In this document: positions 1 to 8,511 of the stretch, one piece after another
Numbering within the stretch: the first letter of the stretch is position 1
Layout: each line of letters begins with the position of its first letter
Assembly (NCBI RefSeq): GCF_000025945.1
Contig: NC_006138.1
Location: forward strand, 150,001-182,000
Direction of reading: 5' to 3'
Origin: Desulfotalea psychrophila LSv54
GTDB taxonomy: Bacteria > Desulfobacterota > Desulfobulbia > Desulfobulbales > Desulfocapsaceae
DNA: 32,000 nt
Made by a program: the position numbers and the translations under genes
Notes under the pieces: model-generated
Databases searched by the model: none
The model's input: the letters and a program-made list of their open reading frames with translations, nothing else
What the model was told of the DNA's origin: nothing

Positions 1-570
1 ACTCTACGGCACAAACTCGTAGAGGGTATTCGTTTTGCCCTCTTCGATGTATGGGCAGATATTGCCCTGTGGTTTTTTGCAGGTGTCATCCTTGCCGGAA
101 GCATTACCGCCCTGGTACCAACAGGAATAATAGAGAACTGGCTGGGTGGAGGCATAGAATCACTCCTGTTAATGCTTGTCTTTGGTATCCCCCTCTATAT
201 CTGCGCAACAGCATCAACGCCAATTGCAGCCGCCCTTATCCTCAAGGGAGTCAGCCCCGGAGCTGCCTTGGTTTTTCTCTTGACAGGACCTGCTACCAAT
301 ATCACTTCACTATCAGTTCTATTGAAGATACTGGGAAAGAAGGGCACCATCAGATACCTCATCTCCATTGCCGTAATGGCAGTGATTTTTGGCCTGCTAA
401 CCGATTCCATCTACAGCAGTCTGGGGATTTCCCCACGGGCAATTATCGGTACAGCCGCAAAAATTGTACCTGATACAGTACAGATAACCTGCGCCATAAT
501 TCTGGTATTGCTCACCTATAACCCCCTGTTTACTTACCTCAACATAACGTTTAAAAAGAAAAAACGATAA
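1..570 (+). CDS. UPF0718/DUF318-family permease (YraQ/ArsP-like, possibly SO_0444-type metal efflux), C-terminal part; the 5' end lies outside the window
   Basis: Frame 1 is open from base 1 (TLRHKLVEGIRFALFDVWADIALWFFAGVILAGSITALVP...) and continues into the listed 172..570 ORF. It has hydrophobic helices and the segment PLYICATASTPIAAALILKGVSPGAALVFLLTGPATN, typical of this permease family. A hairpin terminator follows. Confidence 0.75.
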   Translation, partial: TLRHKLVEGIRFALFDVWADIALWFFAGVILAGSITALVPTGIIENWLGGGIESLLLMLVFGIPLYICATASTPIAAALILKGVSPGAALVFLLTGPATNITSLSVLLKILGKKGTIRYLISIAVMAVIFGLLTDSIYSSLGISPRAIIGTAAKIVPDTVQITCAIILVLLTYNPLFTYLNITFKKKKR

Positions 571-588
571 AAGATCCTTGTCTTATTG

Positions 589-633
589 GCCTAACCTATA
601 GTAATTTAGTCTACAGGTTAGGCTGTTCCTTTT
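589..633 (+). terminator. Hairpin terminator after the permease gene
   Basis: Perfect 9-bp stem GCCTAACCT (589-597) / AGGTTAGGC (615-623) with a 17-nt loop, followed by the T-rich tgttcctttt. Confidence 0.55.
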
Positions 634-701
634 AAAGCCCAATAAAAACCTCACTTTGATGACATCTACTCCCCCCTTACCCGCCCCCAAAAGGAGGTTT
701 C

Positions 702-3056
702 ATGCACTCAGGTCGTTTATGGCAACGAATAGTAAATACAGAACGCTGGGGACTTCGGGCACGACTGGCATATACTACTGGATTTCTTTTACTTATTGGC
801 GCATCGGTCACTCTCTTTGCCATAGCAAGTAGCCTCCATCACAGTACCGAAAAAAGCATCCAAACAAGAATAGACAATTTCACCATCCTCCTCTCCCAGG
901 CAACGACTCATATCTCCTCACAGCTTCTGGAAGAGGCAAGCTATATCAGTATCAATCCTGATGTCCAGAAAAGTCTCAGACAAAATAAGCCTGACCTCCT
1001 AGGCGACAAGATTTTCACCTCTCTGGAAAAAATTGCCCTTCTCAGTAAACGCTCACCAACACAGATTCAGATATTCACCCCAACCCTTAAACCATTTTTC
1101 CAAGCCCAGACCAACATCCCAGCAAGAGGAGCCGATGAGTTTCCTCTACTCAAGGCAAGCAAAACATCTTTACAGCCAGCAGCAGGACTTAAAAAGAGCT
1201 CGGGGAAAATAGTCTTTACGGCAAGTGTACCTATTACTTACCAAGGGCAGCTCATTGGCTTTGCCCTGGCGACACGCCCCTTAGAAACACTCAAGCTCAA
1301 TCTGGACCAGACAATCTCCCATAATTTTAGCCTCATCATAAGCACCGATCAAGAAAAGACACCAAAGGCCACCGGCAAAAAAGAGCGCATTGCTATGAGC
1401 TGGGGGATTCCCGATCAAACCAACTCAGCCCCCACAACCTTACCCTCCAAGTCCATCTACACCAAAATAGTTCCCCTTATGGCCTACGATGGCAAAGAAA
1501 TTGGCACCACCCAGATTAACTTTGACGGCAAGGCCTTCTTAAGCCAGGCAGAAAAGACCATCTACATCCTCTTTTTCACCACCGTCATCGGTGTAAGTCT
1601 GGTCTTCCTCTCTATCTTTTGGAATGTCAATATGATCCGTGACTGCCTGAAGCAGATCAAAAAATCACTTATCTCATCGCACTCCAATGATTTTAGCGAA
1701 CGCTTCAACCTCAAGCCCGTTCACTGCCGGGAAATGTTAAACTGCTCCCACAAAGAGTGTCCTGTCTACCAAGAACCAAGCAAAATCTGCTATCTGGAAA
1801 CCGGAGATGAGGCCATTTCTCCCGCCAACAGAGGTGCCTGCATTTTTTTAAACCAATACAAACACTGCACAAACTGTCCTGTCTACGAGACACAACGCGG
1901 AGATGAAATAACGGAGATCAAGCAGATTGTAAATACCATCATGGGCCTGTGGAGCGACTTTCTGGGAGATGTTTCCAATCTCCTCGCCGATGTCTACAAA
2001 AGCACTCCCAATGAAAAACCAGGGCTCGATGATATATCAAGTTATCTTGAGCATATGGCAAGACTAACAGTCTATAGTCACGACGTTCAGGGAGCCAGCA
2101 ACCAAGAGGAGATATACAAACAGCTGGAATATGTCTTCCAACAGCACTTCCATCTTCATAAGTTCAACCTGCTGAAGGTAGATAGCACTGAAAACAGAAT
2201 GACACCTGTTATCTCCAGGCAAAACATAACAGAGAGCCATAATTCTGTTTTCTTTGACTGCTCCCTCTGTCGGGCAAGACGAACAGCAGAAATGGTCTGC
2301 TCCAACAACAACCCCCACCTCTGTCCCTTCTTCGGCCTGGAAAATGAGATGGAAATTCGCTGTTGCCTGCCAATGGTCATGCATGGAAGGGTGGGAGCAA
2401 TTTTCACCTTTACCACAAACCGCAACCAATGGTCGGTCACCCAACGCGAAATCGTTATCATACAAAAATATTTAGATGAGACAGCCCCCATACTCTCATC
2501 ACTGCAACTCCTTGAGGCGACCAAGGCTCAATCTTTGAAAGATCCACTCACTCGCTGCCATAATCGCCGTTTTATGGATGAATATTTAAAACATCTCGAA
2601 GTTCTCCATAAACGTGAGCCACAACAAGTCGGCTTTATCATGGCTGACATTGATCACTTCAAGATGGTAAACGATGAAGAGGGACACCAGGCTGGCGACA
2701 GCGTCCTCCGCCAACTGGCCAAAATATTAAAAATGGTAATCCGCGAGCAGGACCTCACCATCCGTTATGGAGGAGAGGAATTTCTCATCATCCTCCACAA
2801 TATCAGCGAGGCAAGCGCCCCCGAAATAGTAGGAGAAAAGATCAGGGCTGCTGTAGAGAAGACACCACTTACCCTGCCCGGTGGCAAACAGATCCAAAAG
2901 ACCATCAGCATAGGGACTGCTAATTTCCCCAAGGATGCCAGCAAGCTGTATCAGGTTATCAAGTTCGCCGACGTTGCCCTCTATAAGGCAAAAGAGCAGG
3001 GCCGCAACCGTGTCCTCGGCTTCAACAAATCGATGTGGATAGATGAAAAGTACTAG
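702..3056 (+). CDS. Membrane-bound sensor diguanylate cyclase (TM - periplasmic domain - TM - Cys-rich linker - GAF-like region - GGDEF)
   Basis: RBS aaggagg lies upstream of the ATG. There are two hydrophobic segments (about aa 25-45 and 288-310). The C-terminal GGDEF domain has DIDHFKMVNDEEGHQAGD, RYGGEEFLIIL (GGEEF at 2769-2783) and an RxxD I-site (REQD) five residues upstream. Confidence 0.9.
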   Translation: MHSGRLWQRIVNTERWGLRARLAYTTGFLLLIGASVTLFAIASSLHHSTEKSIQTRIDNFTILLSQATTHISSQLLEEASYISINPDVQKSLRQNKPDLLGDKIFTSLEKIALLSKRSPTQIQIFTPTLKPFFQAQTNIPARGADEFPLLKASKTSLQPAAGLKKSSGKIVFTASVPITYQGQLIGFALATRPLETLKLNLDQTISHNFSLIISTDQEKTPKATGKKERIAMSWGIPDQTNSAPTTLPSKSIYTKIVPLMAYDGKEIGTTQINFDGKAFLSQAEKTIYILFFTTVIGVSLVFLSIFWNVNMIRDCLKQIKKSLISSHSNDFSERFNLKPVHCREMLNCSHKECPVYQEPSKICYLETGDEAISPANRGACIFLNQYKHCTNCPVYETQRGDEITEIKQIVNTIMGLWSDFLGDVSNLLADVYKSTPNEKPGLDDISSYLEHMARLTVYSHDVQGASNQEEIYKQLEYVFQQHFHLHKFNLLKVDSTENRMTPVISRQNITESHNSVFFDCSLCRARRTAEMVCSNNNPHLCPFFGLENEMEIRCCLPMVMHGRVGAIFTFTTNRNQWSVTQREIVIIQKYLDETAPILSSLQLLEATKAQSLKDPLTRCHNRRFMDEYLKHLEVLHKREPQQVGFIMADIDHFKMVNDEEGHQAGDSVLRQLAKILKMVIREQDLTIRYGGEEFLIILHNISEASAPEIVGEKIRAAVEKTPLTLPGGKQIQKTISIGTANFPKDASKLYQVIKFADVALYKAKEQGRNRVLGFNKSMWIDEKY

Positions 3057-3169
3057 CTCAAACCCCGACAAAGGGGACAGAGGAAGCAGCTAACTGGCAA
3101 CCTTCCTCTACCCCCCTCCCCGATGGCAAACAATTTCTATTTCTGGCGACCAGAACTCAAGAGGAAAAA

Positions 3170-3982
3170 ATGTCTCATAGCACGGACTTTCAGGACAGCC
3201 ACCTTCACCTCAGTCATCTCAGCCAGGAAGATATAGACAATATTGTCAGCAAGGCCCTAAATCTCAACATTCAGCGCCTCTTTGCCAATACCGCCGAGGA
3301 AGAGGAATGGGCAGGGGCCATCCAGGCAGGCAAGAGGTGGCAGGCCGTGACTCCCTTTCTTGGCATCCATCCCTGGTATGCAGCACATGCAACCCCGGGC
3401 TGGCAGGAGAGACTGGAGAGGATAAGCAGGGAAACGGGCTGCGCCATTGGTGAAATAGGCCTCGACAAAAAATGCCGTACCGAGACAGAGACTCAGGAAT
3501 CGGTATTCAAAGATCAGTTAGAAATTGCCTATCGCCATGGGCGACCAATATCAATACACTGCTTGGGAAGGTGGGAAAGGACAATTAACATGCTGCAGGA
3601 TGCGCGGGGCCAAAAACAGGGTACGCCCCTCCTCTTCCACTCCTATTCTGGTTCAGTGGAGACAATGCAGAGGCTGATTCGCCTTGGCGCCTCCATCTCC
3701 TTTTCTCTGCAAAACCTCAACCAGAAAAAAAGCTTTGAGGTTATGCTGCAGACACCCCTTGAACATATTCTTCTTGAAACAGACCTGAGCTATCAGGTAC
3801 AAGACAAGGCTACAAAACAAAAGGCCACAATAGAACACATTATATTACTCTATGAAAAAGTTGCTAAGGCCCGTCATATCTCAGTAAAGGAACTCTGTGA
3901 ACAAACCTGGAAAAATGGATCGATTTTCACGATTAAAGGCACTAATAGGCGAAAAAAGAGTGGAAAGACTGGCAGCACGTAG
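3170..3982 (+). CDS. TatD-family metal-dependent hydrolase
   Basis: N-terminal DSHLHL metal-binding motif, internal GEIGLD and HC/H..S motifs, and the C-terminal E.D / NG..IF pattern typical of TatD. RBS agaggaaaaaa lies before the ATG. Confidence 0.8.
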   Translation: MSHSTDFQDSHLHLSHLSQEDIDNIVSKALNLNIQRLFANTAEEEEWAGAIQAGKRWQAVTPFLGIHPWYAAHATPGWQERLERISRETGCAIGEIGLDKKCRTETETQESVFKDQLEIAYRHGRPISIHCLGRWERTINMLQDARGQKQGTPLLFHSYSGSVETMQRLIRLGASISFSLQNLNQKKSFEVMLQTPLEHILLETDLSYQVQDKATKQKATIEHIILLYEKVAKARHISVKELCEQTWKNGSIFTIKGTNRRKKSGKTGST

Positions 3983-4661
3983 CGTCACCATCGTCGGCAT
4001 CGGTGCCGTTGGCGGTCATGCCATGGAGGGACTTGCCCGCTCAGGCATTGGCCATTTACGCCTGGTTGACTTTGACCGGATTGACCCCAGTAACATCAAT
4101 CGACAGCTGCTTGCCCTTGACTCCACGGTGGGAAGATTGAAGGTAGAACTTGCCCAAGAGCGCATCTACCAGATCAACCCCCAGTGTAAGGTTGAAATAC
4201 TGCCGCTCTTTGCCAATCAGGAGAGCATAGATAAGATTCTTGACCCCAAACCGGATCTTCTCATCGATGCCATCGACGCCCTCAACCCAAAGACATGTCT
4301 ACTTGAGGCAGCATTTCGGCACAAGATCCCCACTATCTCGTCCATGGGGGCCGCCCTGCGCACAGATCCAACAAAAATAACCTACGGAGACATTTTCGAC
4401 ACCCGCGGTTGCCCTCTGGCCAAACAGCTACGCAAACGTCTGCGCAACCGGGGTATAGGGGAGGGCATCTTCTGCGTATACTCCCACGAGGCGGTGAACT
4501 TCAACTACGGTAACGAAGGCGCAGACGAGCCCAACGACAAGAGTTTGGGGCGTTCACGTAATATCCTTGGTTCTACTCCAACAATTCCGGCAATTTTCGG
4601 ACTAACAATTGCGAATCAAGCAATTTTTGCCCTTGCTGAAAAAGAGATCTCCTTTTCCTAG
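3915..4661 (+). CDS. tcdA: tRNA threonylcarbamoyladenosine dehydratase (ThiF/E1-like, TcdA/CsdL family)
   Basis: FSRLKALIGEKRVERLAARSVTIVGIGAVGG...LVDFDRIDPSNINRQ is a Rossmann GxGxxG plus ThiF-family motif that aligns with the E. coli TcdA N-terminus as I recall it. An alternative ATG at 3897 is possible. Either start overlaps the tatD 3' end. Confidence 0.8.
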   Translation: MDRFSRLKALIGEKRVERLAARSVTIVGIGAVGGHAMEGLARSGIGHLRLVDFDRIDPSNINRQLLALDSTVGRLKVELAQERIYQINPQCKVEILPLFANQESIDKILDPKPDLLIDAIDALNPKTCLLEAAFRHKIPTISSMGAALRTDPTKITYGDIFDTRGCPLAKQLRKRLRNRGIGEGIFCVYSHEAVNFNYGNEGADEPNDKSLGRSRNILGSTPTIPAIFGLTIANQAIFALAEKEISFS

Positions 4662-4811
4662 CAATCGTTTTACCCTTTCTCACTCTTCTGTTTACAGAAA
4701 TGAAACACGTAGTATATAGATCTATAATTATTTATGAGAATAATTCATTAACAGATGCTGCCAGAAAGGCAGTGTTACTCACTTAGGACAAGATTAAAGG
4801 AAAAATTCGGT

Positions 4812-6026
4812 ATGGAACAGAACAACTCTCTTTTTTCTCGGATAATAAATGCTAACCTCGTGTTACAAATTATCTTTGGTATTGCCGCAGGTATAATCCT
4901 TGCTACAGTCTCCCACGATCTTGCAAAATCAGCAGCCACCCTTGGTGGCCTCTTTGTTGGAGCACTTAAGGCCGTAGCCCCAATCTTAGTGTTTGTTCTT
5001 GTGGCATCTTCTATTGCCAATCAGAAAAAGGGCAGCAACACCAATATGAGGCCAATCATCAGCCTCTACCTCATTGGCACCCTACTGGCTGCTCTTACCG
5101 CAGTCACCATGAGTTTTGCCTTCCCCACAACACTTGTCCTGGTGACAGGCGCCGAAGGTGCAGCCCCCCCCCAGGGAATCATTGAGGTACTAAGGACCCT
5201 TGTCTTCAAAATAGTGGACAATCCGATAAACGCTCTGAGGACCGCAAACTACATTGGTATTCTTGCCTGGGCCATCGGCCTTGGTATTGCCCTTCACCAT
5301 GCCTCACAGAACACCAAGGATGTTTTGAGCGACATGAGTCACGGTGTCTCCTTTATTGTCCGTTTTATCATCCGCCTTGCCCCAATCGGTATCTTTGGCC
5401 TTGTCGCCAACACCATTGCCGAGACAGGATTTTCGGCCCTTGGTGGATACGCAAGTCTTCTTGGCGTGCTTCTTGGCTCCATGGCAATTGTTGCCCTTGT
5501 CATTAACCCGCTCATGGTCTTTATCAAGATCAGAAAAAACCCATATCCACTTGTCTTCACCTGTCTGCGTGAAAGTGGGGTGACCGCATTTTTCACTCGC
5601 TCAAGTGCCGCAAATATTCCAGTAAATATGACCCTCTGTGAGAAGCTCAACATCCACGAGGACAGTTACTCTGTATCTATCCCACTGGGAGCAACCATCA
5701 ACATGGCAGGAGCGGCCATCACCATCACTGTCCTTACCCTTGCTGCGGTAAACACCATGGGTATCCAGGTGGACATGTTCACCGCCCTCCTTCTCAGTGT
5801 TGTGGCAGCAATCTCTGCCTGCGGAGCATCCGGGGTTGCCGGTGGATCCCTGCTCCTCATCCCCCTTGCCTGTGGCCTCTTCGGTATTTCAAACGATGTG
5901 GCAATGCAGGTTGTAGGTGTAGGTTTTATTATTGGTGTTATTCAGGATTCAGCTGAGACTGGCTTGAACAGCTCAACGGATGTTCTCTTCACCGCTGCCT
6001 GTCATAGGGCCAGGGAAAGATCATAA
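4812..6026 (+). CDS. sstT: Na+/serine-threonine symporter SstT (DAACS family)
   Basis: Very strong resemblance to E. coli SstT along its whole length ([108 protein letters not shown]). I chose the ATG at 4812 ([10 protein letters not shown]), which is preceded by aaaggaaaaa, over the upstream ATG at 4755. Confidence 0.92.
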   Translation: MEQNNSLFSRIINANLVLQIIFGIAAGIILATVSHDLAKSAATLGGLFVGALKAVAPILVFVLVASSIANQKKGSNTNMRPIISLYLIGTLLAALTAVTMSFAFPTTLVLVTGAEGAAPPQGIIEVLRTLVFKIVDNPINALRTANYIGILAWAIGLGIALHHASQNTKDVLSDMSHGVSFIVRFIIRLAPIGIFGLVANTIAETGFSALGGYASLLGVLLGSMAIVALVINPLMVFIKIRKNPYPLVFTCLRESGVTAFFTRSSAANIPVNMTLCEKLNIHEDSYSVSIPLGATINMAGAAITITVLTLAAVNTMGIQVDMFTALLLSVVAAISACGASGVAGGSLLLIPLACGLFGISNDVAMQVVGVGFIIGVIQDSAETGLNSSTDVLFTAACHRARERS

Positions 6027-6040
6027 GTCCAACAAATAAA

Positions 6041-6217
6041 GGTCTGTTGCAAAATAAGATGGCCAAAATTTCGCTCAGGCTTGGGTCAGATTTGGCCGCG
6101 CCGATTGAGCAAAACCGCAGATGGAGCAGGGCTACATCGAGGACTTTGCGATTGAGAAGCGGTCGAAGATGACCCGAAGCTGAGATGCAAGATATTCATG
6201 TTATTTTCTGACAGGCC
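6041..6217. repeat. Long imperfect inverted repeat (nested stems) in the convergent intergenic region
   Basis: The outer arm ggtctgttgcaaaataa (6041-6057) pairs imperfectly with ttattttctgacaggcc (6201-6217). The inner arm ctcaggcttgggtca (6074-6088) pairs with tgacccgaagctgag (6170-6184) apart from one-nt bulges. Confidence 0.4.
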
Positions 6218-6279
6218 CTAAGGGTTTCAGCGATGGATACCATAATTGAATCTATTCTGTCCTACTGGATATGAAACTT

Positions 6280-6311
6280 GGGGACTCTTTCTGTTGGTCT
6301 CCCTATTTTTT
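6280..6311 (+). terminator. Weak plus-strand hairpin plus T-run overlapping the eamA stop codon
   Basis: GGGGAC (6280-6285) / GTCTCCC (6297-6303), a stem with one bulged base, followed by tatttttt. Confidence 0.3.
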
Positions 6312-7221
6312 ATTGCCTCTCTGCACGTTCCTCTAGTTCAGTCCCACCTCTTTGAATCAAATACATGGCAGCTATCACAATAAACAGTCCCGGCAATATC
6401 TGATAATGGGGCAGGCCCTTACCCATAAATAAGTTGAGGAAAACAACAATGACTGGATAGAGATAGCTATAGGATGCGGCCCTGATTGGTCCGATCACCG
6501 ACACAGCGATCTGATTACAATAGAAGGTCACTATTGTGGCAAAAATTGCCAGGTAGAGAATCCATCCCCAGCAACTGCCGGGAACAGCCGACCAGCTATA
6601 GGTAAAGACCAGACGGAAATTAAGGAGAAGCAGCCAACAGGCCCCCGTCACCAGAATCCAGAATGTCATCAGCAGGGCCGATTCCCCCCTCTGGCAGATT
6701 TTGATAAACGGGGAGTAGAATCCCATCAAGAGACAGCCGGAGAGAAAGATAAGATCACCCTTATTCCAACTCAAATGTTGCCAAAAGAAGAGGTCACCCT
6801 GACAGAGAACCCATAGGGCACCAATCCCACCACAGAGCAGGGCAAGTAGCTTCGCCAGCGAAAATCTTTCCCCCAGCAAAATCATCGAATAAAAATAGGA
6901 AAAAAGAGGTGTTACGGCAAAGATGACACTGGTATTAAAGGCCGTTGTATAGCGAAGGCTGAAAAACATTAGCCAAAAAAAGCCAACCAGACAGCCACTG
7001 ACCAGAGAGGAACGAAAAAAAAGGGAGAGGGAAAAGGAGAGGTCGGAACGCAAGCCGACAACGAGAAGGACAATAAGAGCCGCCACCGTAAAGCGCACCA
7101 AGGTAAGAAGCCCCGGATCGATTTGCCCTGCGACCATCTCACCGGCGATAAAGGATGTTGCGACAAAGCAGGAGGAGAGGAGCATCAAGATATGCGCCCA
7201 GATTCGTTGACGATTTACCAT
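6310..7221 (-). CDS. EamA/DMT-superfamily transporter
   Basis: About ten hydrophobic helices with two-fold EamA-like organisation. The start is set at MVNRQRIWAHILML (7221); the upstream in-frame ATG at 7254 is an alternative. Confidence 0.8.
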   Translation of the reverse strand: MVNRQRIWAHILMLLSSCFVATSFIAGEMVAGQIDPGLLTLVRFTVAALIVLLVVGLRSDLSFSLSLFFRSSLVSGCLVGFFWLMFFSLRYTTAFNTSVIFAVTPLFSYFYSMILLGERFSLAKLLALLCGGIGALWVLCQGDLFFWQHLSWNKGDLIFLSGCLLMGFYSPFIKICQRGESALLMTFWILVTGACWLLLLNFRLVFTYSWSAVPGSCWGWILYLAIFATIVTFYCNQIAVSVIGPIRAASYSYLYPVIVVFLNLFMGKGLPHYQILPGLFIVIAAMYLIQRGGTELEERAERQ

Positions 7222-7282
7222 ATTTTTTTCTCTACTTTTTATAGACAGGAGCAAAAAAGATCACCTCGGCGATACGACCAAA

Positions 7283-7320
7283 GAAAAAAAACCTGCTCCT
7301 ACAAAAAGGGCAGGTTTTTC
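7283..7320 (-). terminator. Rho-independent terminator downstream of nfeD (bidirectional shape)
   Basis: The 7-bp stem AACCTGC (7290-7296) / GCAGGTT (7310-7316) is flanked by an A-run on the + strand, which is a T-run on the minus strand after the stem. Confidence 0.6.
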
Positions 7321-7389
7321 TGTTTTAGATCCCAATCTCTCCCAAACCGCCACCCTCACCAAGGAGGACAATCTCTTATATTTAATAAA

Positions 7390-7818
7390 TTATTTACCTA
7401 CGTGCAGAACGGGACCATCACGCCTCACCACATAAACAGTCTGCCCCTCTTCGATAAAAATATCGGCCGTGGCCTGCCAAACATGATCCAAAATCTTTAC
7501 CCTGCCGACGGCAGGAGGGGCAATAAGGGCTACAACTTCCCCACGTGCACCCACCTCGACCACGACCTCATCCACCTCATCACCTGCAAAAAAACTTCCC
7601 TTAAAAATTTTCCTATAGGAACCAAGAAGAAAGAGGGAGAGCAACAGAAAGATCACCAATTGCCAAACCATATTGACCGGATAGAGCCAATTTAATGCTG
7701 CTACACTAGTAGCCCCGACAGCAAAGAAAAAAAGCACCAATCCTGGAGTGGCAAGCCCCATAAGAAGAAGCATACCGCCTATTACCAGCCAAAAAAGACC
7801 CGAATCTATAAATTCCAT
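7390..7818 (-). CDS. NfeD-family membrane protein (short form: TM helices plus C-terminal OB-fold)
   Basis: N-terminal hydrophobic helices and the C-terminal GARGEVVALIAPPAVGRVKILDHVWQATADIFIEEGQTVYVVRRDGPVLHV, typical of the NfeD C-domain. The start is taken at MEFIDSG (7818); the ORF extends to an ATG at 7881. Confidence 0.75.
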   Translation of the reverse strand: MEFIDSGLFWLVIGGMLLLMGLATPGLVLFFFAVGATSVAALNWLYPVNMVWQLVIFLLLSLFLLGSYRKIFKGSFFAGDEVDEVVVEVGARGEVVALIAPPAVGRVKILDHVWQATADIFIEEGQTVYVVRRDGPVLHVGK

Positions 7819-8182
7819 AAATAACCTCAAAGGCATATAAACAACAGGCAAAAGCCTGTTAGAAAGGTTAAAGATTGGCACAAACCTTACCGCACAGGTC
7901 GCCCCCTCTCTCTACCAGTAAATTGTAAACAAAACCGCACTAAACGCAGGGAACAGTGTGGGCGCAATCCTTACCCTGGCTCCACAGAGGATAAACAATT
8001 TCCATTTTTCACCTGCAGAAAAGTAGATCAGAACAAAAAACAAGGTCTTATCCCCATGAACCATACCTACCATAAAATGAGTATATTTTTCACCGTTTTC
8101 GACAAAACACCACAAGCCTAAACCTGCCCGGAAGGCACCTGATCTGCTCTCGGGAAGAGGTACGTTTTAGGCAAGCTAAACA

Positions 8183-8211
8183 TTGACAGAGCCCGCTAAA
8201 CACAGTATGTT
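8183..8211 (+). promoter_or_regulatory. Candidate sigma70 promoter for feoAB
   Basis: TTGACA (8183-8188), 17-nt spacer, TATGTT (8206-8211), about 65 nt upstream of the feoA ATG. It is flanked by the direct repeat GCTAAACA (8174-8181 and 8194-8201). Confidence 0.3.
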
Positions 8212-8274
8212 TGCCAAACTCACTTACGAGGACATCCAGGCTCCATACACTATCAGTACCCCCGGGAGAACAGA

Positions 8275-8511
8275 ATGGCGAAAAGCATACATCTTGCAAA
8301 TATTTGTCATGGAAACACCTACGAAGTTTCAGGATTTGCCGACAGCGATTCAGATTACGCAGAAAAGCTCTTTAAGATGGGTTTTGTTGAAGGAACCGCC
8401 ATCGAACTTGCTCCAGTAAACCTCAGCGACCCCATTATTATCCAGATACGGGGGAGCCGTATTGCCCTAAGAAAGAAAGAAGCCCAACAAGTTTTTGTAA
8501 GGAAAAAATAG
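8275..8511 (+). CDS. feoA: Ferrous iron transport protein A
   Basis: 78-aa SH3-like FeoA pattern (L.....G....V..........KL..MG...G..IE.......DPI.I..RG..IALRK.EA..V). Its stop directly abuts the feoB ATG. Confidence 0.9.
   Translation: MAKSIHLANICHGNTYEVSGFADSDSDYAEKLFKMGFVEGTAIELAPVNLSDPIIIQIRGSRIALRKKEAQQVFVRKK

Noticed and set aside
51-473. 140-aa + strand ORF and 71-aa minus-strand ORF overlapping the 5' permease gene
   Set aside because: They lie in alternative frames of a clearly recognisable DUF318 permease. Their composition is Arg/Cys/Pro-rich, as expected for an out-of-frame read. They have no RBS.
4772-4778. Lone GTGTTAC half-site upstream of sstT (the same heptamer as the nickel-locus operators)
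   Set aside because: No GTAACAC partner sits at 13-14 nt spacing on either side. A single 7-mer occurrence is expected by chance in 32 kb.
6058-6171. 37-codon ORF (MAKISLRLGSDLAAPIEQNRRWSRATSRTLRLRSGRR) inside the structured sstT-eamA spacer
   Set aside because: It has no RBS and an Arg/Ser-rich low-complexity sequence, and it coincides with the stems of the inverted repeat. It is more likely non-coding.
7876-7892. TGGCAC element suggesting a sigma54 promoter (TGGCAC-N5-TTAC)
   Set aside because: The -12 element reads TTAC instead of TTGC, so the conserved GC dinucleotide is missing. No enhancer-binding-protein gene is nearby. A second TGGCAC at 25678-25683 also lacks any -12 TTGC.
8071-8092. 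Possible Fur box (cataaaatgagtatatttttca) upstream of feoA
   Set aside because: My hand alignment matches only about 11 of 16 positions of the GATAATGATAATCATTATC consensus. The site lies about 110 nt upstream of the best promoter candidate. That is too weak to call.
7912-8299. Minus-strand ORFs 7912..8115 and 8090..8299 and + strand ORF 8183..8419 in the feoA upstream region
   Set aside because: They have no RBS, no recognisable family and odd composition. The + strand ORF is out of frame with and overlaps the clear FeoA gene. I treat the region as a non-coding leader.
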